From assembly GCA_002269645.1 (NCBI GenBank), contig NIVC01005209.1, positions 1-21,127 of the forward strand: DNA of 21,127 nucleotides, written 5' to 3'. This DNA is from Macrostomum lignano (taxonomy: Eukaryota). The notes beneath the pieces were generated by a model. The model worked only from the letters and a program-made list of their open reading frames with translations. It ran no database searches and was not told the origin of the DNA. This document shows, piece by piece, positions 18,848 through 21,127 of this stretch (positions are counted from its first letter, which is position 1; the number at the start of each line of letters is the position of its first letter). Both the position numbers and the translations under genes were made by a program.

Positions 18848-21075
18848 GTGCAACAGACAGTGTGCAACAGACAGTGTGCAATAGACGGTGTATGCAATAG
18901 ACAGTGTGCAACAGACAGTGTGCAATAGCCAGTGTGCAATATACTGCGCAATAGACAGTGTGCAATAGACGGTGTGCAATAGCCAGTGTGCAATAGCCAG
19001 TGTGCAATAGCCAGTGTGTGCAATAGCCAGTGTGCAATAGCCAGTGTGCAATAGACAGTGTGCAATAGCCAGTGTGCAATATACTGCGCAATAGACAGTG
19101 TGCAATAGACGGTGTGCAATAGCCAGTGTGCAATAGCCAGTGTGTGCAATAGGCAGTGTGCAATAGCCAGTGTGCAATATACTGCGCAATAGACAGTGTG
19201 CAATAGACGGTGTGCAATAGGCAGTGTCCAATAGCCAGTGTGCAATAGCCAGTGTGCAATATACTGCGCAATAGACAGTGTGCAATAGCCAGTGTGCAAT
19301 AGGCAGTGTGCAATAGCCAGTGTGCAATAGGCAGTGTGCAATAGCCAGTGTGCAATAGCCAGTGTGCAATAGCCAGTGTGCAATAGCCAGTGTGCAATAG
19401 CCAGTGTGCAATAGCCAGTGTGCAATAGGCAGTGTGCAATAGCCAGTGTGCAATAGACAGTGTGCAATAGACAGTGTGCAATAGCCAGTGTGTGCAATAG
19501 ACAGTGTGCAATAGCCAGTGTGCAATAGCCAGTGTGCAATAGCCAGTTTGTGCAATAGCCAGTGTGCAATAGCCAGTTTGTGCAATAGCCAGTGTGCAAT
19601 AGACAGTTTGTGCAATAGCCAGTGTGCAATAGCCAGTTTGTGCAATAGCCAGTGTGTGCAATAGCCAGTGTGCAATAGCCAGTTTGTGCAATAGCCAGTG
19701 TGTGCAATAGCCAGTGTGCAATAGCCAGTGTGTGCAATAGACAGTGTGCAATAGCCAGTGTGTGCAATAGACAGTGTGCAATAGCCAGTGTGTGCAATAG
19801 CCAGTGTGCAATAGCCAGTGTGCAATAGACAGTGTGCAATAGCCAGTGTGCAATAGACAGTGTGCAATAGACAGTGTGCAATAGCCAGTGTGCAATAGAC
19901 AGTGTGTGCAATAGACAGTGTGCAATAGCCAGTGTGCAATAGACAGTGTGCAATAGCCAGTGTGTGCAATAGACAGTGTGCAATAGCCAGTGTGCAATAG
20001 ACAGTGTGCAATAGCCAGTGTGTGCAATAGCCAGTGTGCAATAGCCAGTGTGTGCAATAGACAGTGTGCAATAGCCAGTGTGTGCAATAGACAGTGTGCA
20101 ATAGCCAGTGTGTGCAATAGACAGTGTGCAATAGCCAGTGTGCAATAGCCAGTGTGTGCAATAGACAGTGTGCAATAGCCAGTGTGTGCAATAGACAGTG
20201 TGCAATAGCCAGTGTGTGCAATAGCCAGTGTGTGCAATAGCCAGTGTGTGCAATAGACAGTGTGCAATAGCCAGTGTGTGCAATAGCCAGTTTGTGCAAT
20301 AGCCAGTGTGCAATAGACAGTTTGTGCAATAGCCAGTGTGCAATAGCCAGTTTGTGCAATAGCCAGTGTGTGCAATAGCCAGTGTGCAATAGCCAGTTTG
20401 TGCAATAGCCAGTGTGTGCAATAGCCAGTGTGCAATAGCCAGTGTGTGCAATAGACAGTGTGCAATAGCCAGTGTGTGCAATAGACAGTGTGCAATAGCC
20501 AGTGTGTGCAATAGCCAGTGTGCAATAGCCAGTGTGCAATAGACAGTGTGCAATAGCCAGTGTGCAATAGACAGTGTGCAATAGCCAGTGTGCAATAGAC
20601 AGTGTGTGCAATAGACAGTGTGCAATAGCCAGTGTGCAATAGACAGTGTGCAATAGCCAGTGTGTGCAATAGACAGTGTGCAATAGCCAGTGTGCAATAG
20701 ACAGTGTGCAATAGCCAGTGTGTGCAATAGCCAGTGTGCAATAGCCAGTGTGTGCAATAGCCAGTGTGCAATAGCCAGTGTGTGCAATAGACAGTGTGCA
20801 ATAGCCAGTGTGTGCAATAGACAGTGTGCAATAGCCAGTGTGTGCAATAGCCAGTGTGCAATAGCCAGTGTGTGCAATAGACAGTGTGCAATAGCCAGTG
20901 TGTGCAATAGCCAGTGTGCAATAGACAGTGTGTGCAATAGCCAGTGTGCAATAGCCAGTGTGCAATAGACAGTGAGTGCAATAGACAGTGTGTGCAATAG
21001 CCAGTGTGCAATAGACAGTGAGTGCAATAGCCAGTGTGCAATAGACAGTGTGTGCAATAGACGGTGTATGCAATA
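18848..21075. repeat. 14/16 bp minisatellite (gtgcaatagccagt[gt]), about 150 copies, in the most 5' visible PITRM1 intron
   Basis: Direct reading. It carries internal block duplications. Confidence 0.97.
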
Positions 21076-21127
21076 CAGGGTGCGATGAGGCAAATGCTAT
21101 AAAAGAGATTAGGCATAGCCGATGACT

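Noticed and set aside
18616-21116. Three overlapping 746-825 aa ORFs (HTGYCTLAIAHWLL...) on the minus strand
   Set aside because: The 14/16-nt unit has no stop triplet on that strand, so all frames are open. The region is a PITRM1 intron.

Overview
Eukaryotic (animal) genomic window with GC-rich exons and GT-AG spliceosomal introns. The style suggests a repeat-rich invertebrate such as a macrostomid flatworm, but this is inference only. Left to right: (1) the 3' end of a GPI-anchored multi-domain Ly6/uPAR (three-finger)-like gene (+); (2) a decayed SAP-domain plus gag-like ORF resembling ORF1 of DIRS/Ngaro tyrosine-recombinase retrotransposons (+); (3) three co-oriented minus-strand genes: an unrecognised 3-exon gene of about 380 aa, PQBP1, and PITRM1 (presequence protease, first exon outside the window). 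About half the window (roughly 11 kb by my boundaries) is 16 unrelated tandem arrays. Ten of 11 introns carry their own array, and several units are copies of the adjacent splice site, stop codon or coding sequence. The most striking is about 59 copies of an exon-end/donor junction (CAG|GTGAGT), which is also a recursive-splice-site motif. Most long ORFs in the supplied track are repeat or antisense artefacts.
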